A DNA stretch of 64,000 nt from Geosiphon pyriformis uo1 (taxonomy: Eukaryota > Fungi > Glomeromycota), in contig JAAOMT010000630.1 in the NCBI GenBank assembly GCA_016748015.1, positions 1 to 64,000 on the forward strand. The letters run 5' to 3'. Below the pieces are notes generated by a model. That model saw only the letters and a program-made list of their open reading frames with translations. It was not told where the DNA came from and made no database searches. The translations under genes were made by a program, and so were the position numbers. Positions 1 through 14,258 of this stretch are shown here, piece by piece; within the stretch, counting starts at the first letter, position 1, and each line of letters begins with the position of its first letter.

Positions 1-454
1 TATGTAAAAAGTGATTTGTTCTAATTAAGATACCTAAAGTAAGATACTATGGTAGGATATGAGAAGATACATTTTCTTGAAGAGAGAAGCTCTTCTTTTA
101 TACAACTTGTTGTAGTACTAGTCTTTGAACTTGCACTTTTTCTCTTTTCTAGAATTTCGGTGAACTAAAGATACATTTCGGCGAACTACAAGTTATTTCG
201 CTGAACTATGAATTATTTCGGCCAATTTCCATTAATTTCGGCGAATTTTTGCTATGTTATATGGTTCAGGGTATTGTGTAAATTGATCATCTCAATTTCT
301 ATGGTCCAAATCGGGTTATTGATTAAATGATGATAATTGCTAATTTGATTAAATAATAAGTGAAATTCGAAACGATAATAATATGTGCTAATTAATGATA
401 GGAATTATAAGGGAAATTTCATGCTAATTAATAGCTAAAATTCTACTGGTAACA
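1..454 (-). mobile_element. LTR of element X (5' end at 454; runs off the left edge), inserted into the gag-pol of element A
   Basis: Minus strand begins TGTTACCAG at 454, the same TGTTA terminus as the other LTRs here. It has a U3-type tandem array and a TATAAAAG-like box (~95-102). Sequence from 455 switches abruptly to A/B-family gag-pol (matches the reverse complement of ~11400-11545). Confidence 0.7.
154..246. repeat. ~20-bp tandem repeat x5 (ATTTCGGCGAACTA core) in U3 of LTR X
   Basis: ATTTCG recurs at 154, 175, 195, 215 and 235; CpGs are retained. Confidence 0.85.
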
Positions 455-3400
455 CCGATTTATTAAACCCCAATGATGCAACAATTATACTTACCTCTAG
501 TATATTAGACTCCAGCATCAATCTATCTATTAACAACACCCATAATCTATCAACCACCACAATTATAAGTAATCTATCAAACATCAATGATCTCAACTCC
601 AAATTCAGCTCAAGTAACATCAGAAAATCTCAAATCCAGAGTTATTCAAAACTAGAGATTGGCAATAGTTGTTTACCAACCAATTTCTAGCTTCTCAAAC
701 TAGCCATCAGGATCACACCAGCAGAGTTTAGAAACCAGATATATCTAAAACCCAAGTTCCCAAAACTATTTAAGTCTTCTGGTAACTCCAGAAAACACCA
801 CATCTAACAACATGGAATTCAACCACAAACAACAACATACCTCCAGCCACTGTTACTAATAACAAGTCACTTACAGCTATCTTCTCATTTGAACTTGAGG
901 AACTAATATCTATGCTTTTGTTCAGTAGAGCCACACTTGAGAAAAAACCAATCACTGCCATATACACTGATGCCAAAGTTAATAAATATTCTATCAAGCT
1001 CATCCTTAATAATGGGTCAGCAGACAGCATTATCACATGATAACTTATGGATCAATTAGGTCACTGAGTTGATTGTGCTGCCAGCACCAGAATCATAACT
1101 GCCAATAGAGTGACTAAAACTCCAATTGGTGAAATAGACAACTTCTTATTTGAAGTCAACAGCATTATAATACCAATTAAGGTATTGGTAATGGAAACAA
1201 CTCAGTATTAAGCTTTCATTGAGAATAACTGGCTGTACAAAACCAATGCCATGTTCAACTAAAACACCTAAGAACTGCAGCTCAGCCAAAATGACCACTA
1301 TACATGCATACCAGCCATCTGTGGCCACTTTAAGACCACTATTAATGACAAACCACTCATTAAATTAGAAAAAAAAGAAAAAAAACCTACCTGGAAAGTA
1401 TACCAAATTTTTTGGGCCGATACCAAACACAATAAGCTACCACCAGTACTTTTTTGGAACAACAAAAGGAAAGGAAAGGAAGAAGATACACCAGAAAAAA
1501 ACACTACTGCAAAGGAAATAACTAGTGGTTGGGAAAGAAAGTACTTATGTGAACTGATAAAAAAACCACCATATATTCCCCTAAAATATAAAGACTGTGA
1601 CAAGAAACTCTTTTCTATGAGAGCATAGATCATGCCAAATGAAGATTATTGGATGAGAACTCATTATTATTGCAAGCCTTATCACTGTAAATACTATAGC
1701 TACCCAAAAAAACAAGACAAATGGGACAACAAATTATGTCTTGCTTACAAGAAACAATTGCTCGATGAAAGAATGTGGAACAACATTCCCAGTCGAGAAG
1801 GAACATGCAATACTTTATGCCAATACACAATCCTTATCAGTAATTGGATGAGTCATGGTATGCCAATAACTGTCACTTGACACCAAGCAATCTTTCACTT
1901 GAACAGTTACTTACACAATAAAGATGAGATCTAAAGAATGGCAAATGCCAAAGTTGAAGGAGCCACATCTAGTAAAATTTTAGAAATTAAAAACAATCCA
2001 CCAGAACCAGTAGAAATAGTTTTCATTCCAAATTTTGACATTTTTCTCAACATTAAAGCAGATCCAGAGAAATTTCATGAGCACTATTAGAACTTAGTGC
2101 CAACAAGAAAGAAACAAGAGCAATGGCTGGAAGAATTAAATACCAGACTATGCTAACATTGTTTAATTTCCAGTGATTTTGAATATTGTGATGATTGTGA
2201 CCTCATTTACAATTCACTACCATGTATGATCTACACAATTCCAGAAGAGAAAAGACCAATCAGCAGCTGCACATCAGAATCAGAATCAATTTTCAATTCC
2301 AATTTAAACTCTAACAATGATGATAACAAAAACAATGGTTCCAGCTCTGCTCAATATAGCAATGAAAATAACAATGATTCAGACTTAAATTCAAATTCCA
2401 AAACATACATCGCACTTTCAGATCTCACTAAGAAACAAGAACTGAAATGGTTCAGCAATAATAGTAAAAGTATTATGTCCAAATGTGCACATGATATTGA
2501 TATAGGGTTTGATCTAAGATATCCAGAAAAAGATGTCATTAAATTGAAACCACATTTGCACACATGCATTAATCTCAAAATAGCATTAGAAATCTCAGCA
2601 ACAACAATAGTTTAACTAGCATTTAAGAGTAGCTTAGCAAACAAAAGAATCAACATTAGAGGAAGGATAATTGATACAAGATATGTAGGAAATATCATTG
2701 CTATGTTACAAAATGATTCAGAAAAGATCTATATTATAGGGCCAAATAAAAAAATAGTACAGGCAATATTCCTGTCTTTGGTTAAAGTAGCTCAGTTAAT
2801 ATCAGTGAGAAACAGAAAAAAATTAGGAATAACAGCAAAAGAGATACAAAAATTCGGATCAATGGGTAGAATAGATGTACCAGTTAATATGGTAGAAGAA
2901 AAAATTATTGACAAGAGAGAAATTATTTTCACCCGTCAATCAATTTCCATTTTACCATATGACTAGTATATGGTAACTATAGAAAGAAAAGTAAAGAATC
3001 AGGTTCAAATTTTTGAGGCAGAAGCAATACTTTGTAAATCAGGAGAGATTGAATTAGTCAATCTACACATACCAGTCAAGAACCACAGTCACATCAAAAT
3101 TCCCATTTACAACAATATGAGAAACATTATCAAAATACCAAAAAAAACCACTATTGAATACTTAACTACTGAAATTGAAAACCAACTGCCAAATACTATT
3201 CCAGACTTTCCACAACTGTGCGAATATATAGATATTACATCTCAAACCATATATGGACAAGAAGAATGTTATTTGCTCCAACCAGAACAATTGAAACAGA
3301 TAAACTTAGAAAATCTAGACCCACTACAACATATACAACTCAAGATATTACTCAACAATTTCAATGACATCTTTGCCAACAAAAACAAATTTGGCAGAAC

Positions 3401-4700
3401 TGACATAATCCACCACCAAATTAAAACTAGAGATGCAATACCAATCAAACAAAGAGCATACAGAGTACCACTTGCCAGCCATGAAATCATTCATCAAGAA
3501 ATTAATTGAATACTTGACAATGGGTTAATTCAATCATTAATGAGCTCATGATCATTACCAATAGTACTAGTTTATAAAAAGAATGGAAAAATACACTTTT
3601 GTGTAGATTACTGGAAATTGAATAGAGTAACCAAAGATGATAGCTACTCAACTCCAAAGATTCAAGAACTGTTTGATGCTTTTGAAGGAAAGAAATGGTT
3701 CTTAACTTTAGATTTAGATAGTAGTTACTGGTAAGTAGCCATAAAACCAGAAGACAAGAAGAAAACAGCATTCACAACTTGAAAAAGAAATTTTGAATTT
3801 GAAATCATGCCATTTGGCTTGATGAATGCTCCAGTCATATTTCAAAGACTAATGAAAATTGTTTATATTGAACTACTATGGAAGTTTGTAATCATATACT
3901 TGGATGACACTAATGTGTTCTTCAAAACATTTGATGATCATTTACATTATCTCCAACAAGTATTTGAAAGACTCAGACAAGCAAGATTGAAATTAAATGC
4001 AAACAAATACTTCTTTGGCAAAACAGAACTCAAGTTCTTGGGACATATGGTGAATAAAAATGGCATTAAAACAGATCTAAATAAGATCACAATAGTAAAA
4101 AACTTTCTAGTACCAACTAATTTGACAGAACTAAGAGCATTTTTGGAATTTACAGACTATTATCATCACTTTATCAAGAACTTTTCTAAACTGGCTCAAC
4201 CACTTCATCATCTACAAACCAAGAATGTAAAGTACAAATGGACAGAAGCTCAACAAGAAACATTCAACACACTGAGAAGAAAACTTATTTAAGCTTTAGT
4301 ACTGATCTATTCAAACCACAATAAATCATTCATTATTACTACAGATGCATTAGGCCAAGCAATGGAAGCAGTACTATCACAAAAAAAACTGAATGGAAGA
4401 AAACATTCAGTAGCATATGCCAGCTAAAGCTTGAGTCCAGCAAAAAAAAATTATAGAACATTAGCATTGGAATACTTAGCAATCTATTAGGCAATCATGA
4501 AATAGAAAAAATATTTAAGTCAGAAATTTGACATATACACAGATCATAAAGGATTGACTTCAATTCAAAATCAAGAATTTGAAGATGATTGTCATGTAAG
4601 ATGAAAAATAGCACTATCATCATATACATTTACAGTACATTATAAAAAGGGAAAAGACAATAGAAATGCCAACAGTTTGTTGCAAATAAGACAAATTTAA
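455..4700 (+). pseudogene. Element A polyprotein remnant (Gag C-terminus, protease, Cys-rich region, dUTPase, RT, RNase H)
   Basis: LILNNGSADSII (decayed protease site), PIKQRAYRVP, MPFGLMNAP, IYLDD, ITTDA; many stops and frameshifts; ends IRQI* at 4700. Confidence 0.9.
2487..2870 (+). pseudogene. dUTPase domain of element A
   Basis: HDIDIGFDLRY, KSSLA, GRIIDTRYVGNI, KIVQAIF and KFGSMG correspond to decayed motifs 1-5 of trimeric dUTPases. Confidence 0.88.
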
Positions 4701-4730
4701 AAACATTTCAACCCAAAAATATAACAAACT

Positions 4731-6106
4731 ATGAATATACAAAAATACCAACAACTTCAATATTATATAAATACCTAATTGTTTAAGGAAAAATTATCTC
4801 AAAAAGAACAAAACAACATAAAACAACAATCAAAATATTTTATCAGTTACCAAAATATACTTTACTGAAAATACAAAAAGAATCCAGATCAACCAATCAG
4901 AGTAATCACAGAATCAGAGAAAGAGACAATATTGTTTAACATGTATTTAGATCCAACAACAGGACATTTCCATAAAGAAACAACAATAGAAAGAACCAGA
5001 AAAAGATACTATTAGCCATTAATGTATTCAGACATTATCCAATATGTTCAAAATTGTAATACTTATCAGAGAAGAAAAGGAACAAAACCCAGTGAATCAT
5101 TGAGACCAATTAAAATGGGACAACCATTCAATCACATTAAAATTGACTTAGTCAGATCATTAACAATTACTAGCAGAGATAACAGATATATTACAATGGT
5201 CATGGATTATCTCACAAAATGGCCAGAAGCAAAATTATTCAAAGAGCAGATGCAAAATTTATTGCCAAATTTGTTTATTAAGACTTGATCTGTTAACACA
5301 GATGTCCAAAAAAATTGTTATCAGATCAAAGAACTCACTTTGTGAATAGAACATTAACAAAATTGAGTCAAAGATTTGGGATAAAAAGACCATTATCATC
5401 ACCATATTATTCACAAACAAATGGGCTAGTTGAAAAGTTTAACAGAACATTATGTAAAGCCATTGCCAAAATCAGCCAAGAAAAACAAAACGAATAAAAT
5501 TTGATTATATCATCAGTATTATTTGCTTATTGGACAATAAAGCAAGACACTATACAAGCAACACTATTTGAATTAGTATATAGTAAAATAGCAATATTAC
5601 TAATTGAGATAGAAGTCAAGACATATCCAACAGAACCAATAACAGAAGAGAATTTTCAAAAAACATTGTTAAGAAAAACATATAACTTAATAAAAACACT
5701 AGAAAACACATGACAAAGAGCAGCTGATAACATCCAAAAGTTACAAAAAAAACAAAAAAAAAGACATAATAACTAACTATCAAAGAAACCAATTGAATTC
5801 AAGATTGGAGACAAAGTACTTCTGCATTATACTAAAACAAAAAAATAATAGAGTGGAAAATTTGACCCCAAATGGAACGGATCATTTCACATAGAAGAAA
5901 TTCTTGGAAATGGAGCTTATAAATTAAGGTTAAACAACAAAATCTTAACCAAAGCAGCACATAGTGATTGACTGAAACAATATTATCATATAACATTATT
6001 ATCCATCAATAATATTCCACAATTAGGAATACAGAGAATACTAGTCAAACCAGATAAGATTCCATAAGATTTAGAACCAATTATAATTATTAAACCAAAC
6101 ATGTAA
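4731..6106 (+). pseudogene. Element A integrase (separate ORF)
   Basis: ATG at 4731; decayed HHCC region, IDLV, DYLTKWPEA, SDQRTHF, QTNGLVEKFNRTL; C-terminal GPY/F-like KFDPKWNGSF. Confidence 0.88.
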
Positions 6107-6129
6107 AATTGAACAATAAAAAGAGTATA

Positions 6130-6801
6130 TAAAGACATAGAAGATGCAACAAAAAACTTCAGAAAAATGGAAATCACTGACAATATCCATGCACTAGCAC
6201 AACAATTCTTCCAACTAATTCAACAACAGAATATGAAATTACAATCAACCAACAAACTATCAGATACACAAACACCAGAAAAAGAACACAAAATAAAACA
6301 TGGAGAAAAACAGAAAATACTGTTGACAAAATAATTGCAAAAGTAAAACTGGCAATAGAAACACAACCAAAAGTAACCCAATATCAAGAGTTGACTATAG
6401 AAACTTGGAATTGGTGGATACAACAATTTCTAAGAAACTTTTGTTATTTTTATTTAAAACAACACTTGAACATCCAGAGCTTATATACAGATAAAACAAA
6501 AAAATTATTTGACACAACAATATTGTAACAACTGGAACAATTTGTGGAGAAGAACAATATGACCACACAAGCAAGAGCCATTTATTGGCTACATACCAAA
6601 TTTCAAGATCGACCAGAAGTCTTACTCAATTTAGAAATAAACTCTATTACTATTAACCAAATGGAAAAAATAACCAATGCCCAATTTGAAAACTTACAGA
6701 ACAAGATAGCAATTCTGGAAAAAAAAGTTCAAGAAATACTTAAAGATAGAGAATTAAAATTAAAAGATCTTAAGGAGCTCAATATTAAAAGGAGAAAATA
6801 A
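6130..6801 (+). pseudogene. Element A ORF3 (unknown function, between integrase and PPT)
   Basis: Collinear with C ORF3 (MEITDNIHALAQQFFQLI...TQARAIY...); start position approximate. Confidence 0.7.
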
Positions 6802-7657
6802 TGTTACTCATAAAATATAGAAAGTATATATTAGCATAAATTAGCCAATCAGAAGTAACCATAGTAAATGTAGAATTCCAGGATTCTTCTTAGAAAAATT
6901 GCAAAATTCCAGGAATTTCAGGATTTTCGTACAAGGAATCACAAAATTCCAAAATTCCAGAATTTTTCTCAAAAAAATTGCAAGATTCCAGAAATTCCAG
7001 GATTCCTGGTGTGAAAAATTGAAGAATTAAGGAATCTCAATTATGTATATATAGCAGTAGAATTAGAAGTAGAAAAGACAGACCTCTTAGTTTAGATTTA
7101 ATCTAAGCAACCTTCCACATCACAAATATCAATAAATAATTATTCCATATTTCAAAATTCATTCTCCACTATCAATACTTTATGTTGATAACAATTGATA
7201 TTTAATTATACTGAAACAATAGCTCTTGATTATGGCTATTGATGGAATACTAACATTTATTGTCTTGGCTTATTTTTCTTTTATTTTCTTTTATTTTTTT
7301 GTCATTTTTTTGTTTTACTAATTGATTGAAGATTAAGTACTGAGTTATTGACGTCAAAGATAACCTAGTAAAAGACCCCAAAAGAAGAGTATAGGAATTG
7401 AGAATTTAAAGATAGCTTATCAGAAAGGCATCTCTGCCAGATTACTGGCTATCATGCTAAGAAAAAAATTCAACAGAATTGCAATTCTAGGAGGCTACTG
7501 GAAAGATAACAATTGAATCTCTGTCCATTATACAAAGAACTCCACAACAAAACCTTCAGATCAACAAGATCTTCAGAAGCTGACATCATTAAATCCATTA
7601 AGCACCAAGTTATGGGTTTGTTATTTGCTTTGAGACTCCAAATAATCAACTGTAACA
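6802..7657 (+). repeat. 3' LTR of element A
   Basis: TGTTACTCA...TGTAACA; homologous to the LTRs of C; TATATATA box ~7046. Confidence 0.9.
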
Positions 7658-9117
7658 ATGGCTTGCTATGATCTGAATAGATTAATATTGGAGCTTGAAT
7701 AAGCTTTTTTCTTAATATATCAAAAGCTTTTTGCTAAGTTTTTGTCCATTCATATTTGGTGTTCTTTGTTTGGAGTTGGTGTAGTGATTGAGCTATTTTG
7801 GAAAAGTCTTTGATAAAGCAGTGGTAATATCCAGCAAATTCCAAGAATGCTCTTAATTTCATAAGATTATTTGGTACTGGAAAGTTCTTAACAATCTCAA
7901 TCTTGTCTGAATCTGTTTTGATCTCATTTTTGCTTACAACATATCTCAAAAACTTGAGTTTTGTTTTGCCAAAAAAGCATTTGTTAGCATTTAATTTCAA
8001 TCCTGCTTGTTTGAGTCTTTTAAACACTTATTGGAGATAATGCAGATGATTATCAAATGTTTTGGAGAACACATTGGTGTCATCCAAGTATACAACTACT
8101 GATTTTCATAGCAGCCCAGTATAAACAATTTCCATGAGTTATTAAAAAGTGGCTGGAGCATTCATTAAGCCAAATGACATAACCTTAAATTCGAAATTCT
8201 CTTCTTATGTTGTAAAAGCCATTTTCTCTTTATCTTCTGGTTTTATGGCTACTTGCCAGTAGCCACTGTCTAAGTCTAAAGTTGAAAACCATTTTTTTTT
8301 TCAAAAGCATTGAACATCTCTTGGATCTTTGGTGTCAGATAACTATCTCTTTTTGTTACTCTATTTAGTTTTCAGTAATTCACACAAAAGTGGATTTTCC
8401 CATTTTTCTTATAGACTAATATCACTAGTGATGATCATAGGCTCATTGATGGCTGAATTAGCCCATTATTAAGCATCTGATTGATTTTTTGACAAATAAT
8501 CTTATGGCTGGCTGGTGGTACTTTGTATGCTCTTTGTTTAATTGGCATTATATCTCCAGTCTTGATTTGATGCTGAATTATGTCAGTTTTGCCAAATTCA
8601 TTTTTGCTTGCAAAAATGTCATTGAAGTTGTTAAGTAATATCTTAAATTGCATATGTTGTAGTGGATCTAAATTTTCCAAGTTTATCTGTTTTAATTGTT
8701 CTGGTTGGAGCAGATAACATTCTTTTTATCCATATATTATTTGAGATGTAATATCTACATATCTACACAGTTGTGGAAAGTTTGGAATGGTGTTTGGCAA
8801 TTGGTCTTCAATTTCAGTAGTTAAGTATCCAATAATGGTTCCTTCTGGTATCTTAATAATATCTTTTGTATTATTATAAATGAAAATTTTAATGTGTCTG
8901 TGGTTTTTGACTGGTATGTATAGATTGACTAGTCCAATCTTTCCTGATTCACAAAGTGTTGCTTCTGCCTCAAAAATCTGTACCTGATCTTTTATTTTAT
9001 TTTTTCTATGGTTATCATGTACTGATCATATGGTGAAATGGAAATTGATTGACAGGTGGAGATAATTTCTCTTTTGTCAACAATTTCTTCCTCTGCTATA
9101 TTAACTGGTATATCTAT

Positions 9118-9500
9118 TCTATCTGTGAATTCAAAACTCTGTATTTTTTTAACTGTAATTTCTAATTTTTCTCTGTTTTCCACTAATACTAATTGAGCTA
9201 TTTTGACCAGAAACAGGAATATTGTCTGTGCTATCTTTTCATTTAGCTTTATGATGTAGGTCTTTTCTAAGTTATTTTATAGCATTGCAATAATATTTCC
9301 TACATATTTTGCATCAATTATTCCTTCTTTGATGTTAATTTTTTTTTTCCGTTAGACTATTCCTAGATGCTAATTGAACTATTGTTGTTGTTAGAATTTC
9401 CAGTGCTATTTTCAAATTGATGCAAGTGCATGAATGTGGTTCCAATTTGAGGGTGTCTTTTTCTGGATATCTTAGATCAAATCTTGCATCAGTATTATGC
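9118..9500 (-). pseudogene. dUTPase domain of element B
   Basis: HNTDARFDLRY, ASRNSL, GIIDAKYVGNI, KIAQTIF and a decayed motif 5. Confidence 0.85.
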
Positions 9501-12500
9501 ATCCATTCTAACATAATACTTTTGTTATTATTACTGAACCATTTAAGCTTCTGCTTCTTGGTAAGATCAGACAGTACAATGTATGTTTTGGGGTTTAAAT
9601 CAGAGTCTGAATCATTGTTATTTTTGTTGCTATATTGAGCAGAGCTGGAATTGTTGTTTTTGTCATCATTATTGTCAAAGTTTGAATTAGAATTAAAAGT
9701 TGATTCTGATTCTGATGTATAGTTGCTGATTGGTTTGTCTTTTTTTGGAATTGTGTAGATTATACATAATGGTGAATTGTAAATAAAATCACACTTATTA
9801 CAATACTAGAAATCACATAGAATCAAACAGTAGTCATATAATCATGTATTTATTTTTTCCAAATACTGTTCTTGCTCTTTTCTTGTTAGTGCCAAATTTT
9901 GGTAGTGCTTATAAAACTCTTCTGGACCTGTCTCTATGTCTAGAAAAGCATCTGGGTTTGGGATGAGAATGATGTCAACTGGTTCTAAAAGATTATTCTT
10001 AATTTCCAGGATTTCACTGGACATGGCTTCTTTGACTTTGGCATTTGTCATTCTCCAGATTTTATCTTCATTGTGTAAGTAGCCATCCAAGTGAGTTATT
10101 GTTCAGTGTCAGACTGCAGTAATAAGAGTGCCACAATTGATCCAGTTATTTATAAGGATCATGTACTAACATGAAGTATCACATGTTTCTTTTTGACTAG
10201 AAATATTATTCCACATTTTTTCATTGAATAACTGTTCACCACAAATAAGACATGGTTTATTGTCCCACTTTCCCTGTTTTTTTGGGTAACCATAATGTTC
10301 TCTATGGCATGGCTTGCAGTAATAGTGGGTCTTGGTCCAATAGTCTTTGTCAGGAGCTATCCAAGCTTTAATGGAAAAAAATTTCTTTTTACAGTCCTTA
10401 TATTTGAGTGGTATATATAGCAGCTCTTTTATCGGCTTATGTGAGTACTCTTTTTCCCAGCCACTAGTTATTTCCTCTGTAATAGTGTCTTTTTTTGGTG
10501 CATTTTCTTCTTTTCTTTTTTCTTTATCATTCTAGGAAAGTGCTGGTAATAGCTCATTGTGTTTGGTGTTGGCCCAGGAAACTTGATATGCTTTTCAGAT
10601 AGGTTTTTTTTTTTCTTCTTCTAATTTGATGAGTGGTTTGTCATTGATAGTAGTCTTGAAGTAATCACAAATGGCTGGCACATATGTGTGATAGCCATTC
10701 TGTCTGAGCTGCAGTTCTTGGATGTTCCAGTTGAGCACAGTGTTAGTTTTGTACAGCCAGTTGTTCTCAATAAGAGCTTGATACTGAGTTGCTTCTATTA
10801 CCAATACCTTGATTGGTATTATAATATTATTGACTTCAAATGGGAAGTCATCTATTTTACCAATTGGAGTTTTGGTCATTTCATCAGTGATTATAATTCT
10901 GACACTGGTAGCACAATCAACTTGATAACTTAATTGGTCTATAAGTTGTCATGTGATAATGCTGCTTGTTGACCCACTATTAAGGATAAGCTTAATAGAG
11001 TGGCCATTAACTTTGGCATCAGTGTACATAGTGGTAATTGGTTTTTCTTCAAGTGTGACTCTATTGAACAAAAACATGGATGTCGGTTCCTCAAATTCAA
11101 ACAGGAAGATAACTGCAAGTAATTCGTTATTAGTGACAGTGACTGGAAGTATGTTGCTGATAAGTGGTTGTTTTTGGTTGGGTTCCATGTTGTTGGATGA
11201 GACATCTTCTGAAGTTACCAGAAGACTTAAATAGTTCTGGAAACTCGGGTTTTGGGTATACCCAGTTTCTAAACTCTGTTGGTGTGATTCTGATGACTGG
11301 TGTGAAGAGCTGGAAATCAGTTGGTGAACAACCATTGCTGATCTCCAGTTTTAAATAACTCTGGATCTGGAATTTTCTGATGTCATCTGAGCTGAGTTTG
11401 GGTTTGAGATTGCTGGTGTCAGATAGATTATTTGTGGCTGCAGTAGTTGATAGATTACAGATGTTGTCAGTTGATAGATTGATGCTGGGAACTAATATTC
11501 TGGAGGTGAGTATAATTGCTGTATTATTGGGATTTGATAAATTGGCTACATTACTGGAGAGTAATGTAATTAAGATTAGTATTGTTCTGGTGATTGATTA
11601 CTGATGTAATTTTGAGTTTGTAGTTGGCAATCAGAATTTCAATACTAATTAGTTAATCTTAAGTTGCTTATCTTTTTGTGACATTCAAATTGCAAATGTC
11701 TTTGTTTATCACAATAGTGGCATACACATGTTTCCTGCTGCCACTAATGATTGGTTGCCAATACTGAATACAGTTAATTTTGGACATGATTAAAGTTTCT
11801 TTGATTATTGCATCATTGAGAATATTGATAAATTGTCTAATTGTTGTTAGCTAAGTATCCCTCTAATTTCTGATTAATTGATTCACTGAATTGCTTCAAT
11901 TTGGAATCCAAGTCAAATAATCTGTTTATTACTAGATTTATGACTTGGATGTAGTTGGCTTCGAGTTCAGCTGCTTCAAAATTTCTGGCATTTGTAACTA
12001 TGGCTTGAAGATCTGCTGAATGCATTGGGCATATACATTGGAGGATGCTACTATACAGACTTCTAATGAATTGGTTTAGGATTTGGAGTGCTGTGAAATA
12101 ATTGGTCTGTATGGCCTGAATTTGGTGCAGATTTTTGTAGAAACATCCCAAATAAGTGGTGACTGCTTCATTTTCTCCTTGTTTGATAGTGGTAAAAGTG
12201 TTGGCCAATCAGTTAATGCTATTATTATTGCTAAAATATTGTAGGAATACAAGCTTGAAGGCATTGAAATCTTGAGGTTTGTTAACTAAGCTTTGATACT
12301 ATGAGTCAGTGGTATTCTGAAGAAAGTATGGAATGGCTTGTATGGCTCTGACACCATTTTATTTATTGGCTGCAATGGCTTTTTCAACATCATTTAGCCA
12401 CACTTGGGCATTGTTTTCTTTGCCCATAAACTTTTTAAGCTTTGCTATTGGGACATAGGCCATTGGATTCAAGTTTAATTGTTGTTGTTGTTGTTGTGAT

Positions 12501-13418
12501 GGTAATTGTTATAGTACAGCAACTGGTGGTAGATTGATGACAATTACTGGTGGTAAGTGTTGTTGATTATTAATGTTGGAATTGGGATCAGTCTGGTTTT
12601 GTGGAGTTTGAAAATTCAGAGTTTCAATTTCCGAATTTTTCAAAATTGGGTTTTGCTGAGTTTAAACATTTGGAGTTTTGATTTTGGGGTTTTTGATAAT
12701 TGGGTTTTGATAGTTGAATTCCTGATTATTGTTTTTCTTTTCCTCTGATTTTATTAATTTCCAAGGACTCACAGTTCCGAAATCTGGTAAAAGTAGTGGT
12801 GATTAAAATCCTGATGGCATCAGCAATTATGATATAAATCTTTTAAAGTAATCACTATAAGTTTCTAGTAATTCTGTTTTCTTTTGTTTACTTTGAAATG
12901 AGAGTCATCCAAATGTTGATGTCACATTTAATGTGAACATGCCTGCTGATAAGATGTTGATGGCACTTTCAGGTGTATAATGGTATAATGGATTAGTTGG
13001 GGATACTATTCTTGTTTTCTTTCATATAGGTGGTTGTATTTTTTAGGGTGTTACTGCTAATGTTTGTAGTTTTCCTTTGCCTTTGTTTGTATAAGTAATT
13101 GGATATCTTTATTGAGTGTAATGTTCAATTTTTTTATTGATTTCAATGAGGATGGTTGTGAAATTATAATTTGCTAGTAAGCTAGTATTTTGGATTAATT
13201 TGTTGTAGAAATTCTCTCTGGCTGAGTTGGTTTCTACTGGTACTCTTAGCAAATATGAGATTTTGATTCTGCTAATAGGTGGTTGTTTGTTAATTCCAAG
13301 TGTTGGCAATAATGTTAAAACAAAGATTTGGCAAATCCTAAATAGTTTGTCCCTATTCTTTCTGGTTCTGTCACTTTTGGATTGTTGTTGTGTTGATGCT
13401 GGTTCTCTGTAAAATTAT

Positions 13419-13436
13419 ATCTCACAGGAAACACCA
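13419..13436 (-). other. Primer binding site of B
   Basis: TGGTGTTTCCTGTGAGAT, 2 nt after the LTR; a decayed version of the C/E PBS. Confidence 0.8.
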
Positions 13437-13438
13437 AA

Positions 13439-14258
13439 TGTTATAGATGATTATTTGAGGTCTCAAAGCAAATAACAAACCCATAACTTGGTGTTTAATT
13501 GATAATATAATGTTGGTTTTTGAAGGTTGTTTTTATCTGAAGGTTTTTGTTGGTTAAGTTCTTTATATAATAGACAGAAATTCAATTGTTGTCTTCCCAG
13601 TAGTCTCTTGGAATTGCAATTCCATCAAATTTTTTTTTAGCATGGTGGCTGGTAATCTGGCAGAGATGCTCTTTTAATAAGCTATTCTTAAATTCTCAAT
13701 ATTATATCCTTCCTTTGGGGTCTTTTACCAGGCTATTCTTAACATTAATAATTCAATATTTAATCCTTTAATCAATTAGTACACAATAAGAAATAACAAA
13801 ATAAAAGAAAAGAAAATAAAAATAAAATAAAATAAATAAGCTAAAACAATAAATATTAGTATTCTGTCAATAGCCATAATCAAAAGCTATTGTTCTAGTA
13901 TAGTTAAGTATCAATTTTTATCAACATAAAGTATTAATAGTGTGAATTGGATTTGAAATATTAATTATTTATTTATTGATATTTGCGAAGTAAAAGATAG
14001 CTTAGATCAAATCTAAACTGAGAGGTCTGTTTTTTCTTCTTTTAATGCTACTGCTATATATACATAATTGATGTTTTATGAGATCACTCACATTCTTAAG
14101 CAATGTGTTATGATTTCTTGAGCAATGCTCATATTGCTAAGCAATGTGCTCTAATTTTCTAATATTACTCCACATTGCTAAACATTGTGCTTATATACTA
14201 ACTACTATTCCCCTATTGGTCTACTATTTTCTATATTTGTTTTTTTTTATGAGTAACA
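13439..14258 (-). repeat. 5' LTR of element B
   Basis: Minus strand TGTTACTCA...CTATAACA; R/U5 homologous to the A/C LTRs, U3 different. Confidence 0.88.

Larger units (their letters stand above)
455..7657 (+). mobile_element. Ty3/Gypsy LTR retrotransposon A (5' part displaced by X), nested in element B
   Basis: Domain order PR-dUTPase-RT-RH-IN; PPT (AAAAGGAGAAAA) before a TGTTAC...TGTAACA 3' LTR. The right flank resumes minus-strand RT/RH of B. Confidence 0.92.
7658..14258 (-). mobile_element. Ty3/Gypsy element B (5' LTR to start of RNase H; remainder displaced left by A)
   Basis: On the minus strand: LTR, PBS, Gag (MAYVPIAKL, TTIKQGENEAV, CCHC ~11690-11730), PR (LILNSGSTSSII), dUTPase, RT (YLDD ~8080); same internal family as A and C. 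Confidence 0.92.

Noticed and set aside
770-1633. Short opposite-strand ORFs over Gypsy pol (also 10347-11604, 18034-18955, 46140-47060)
   Set aside because: Shadow ORFs on the non-coding strand of decayed retroelements.
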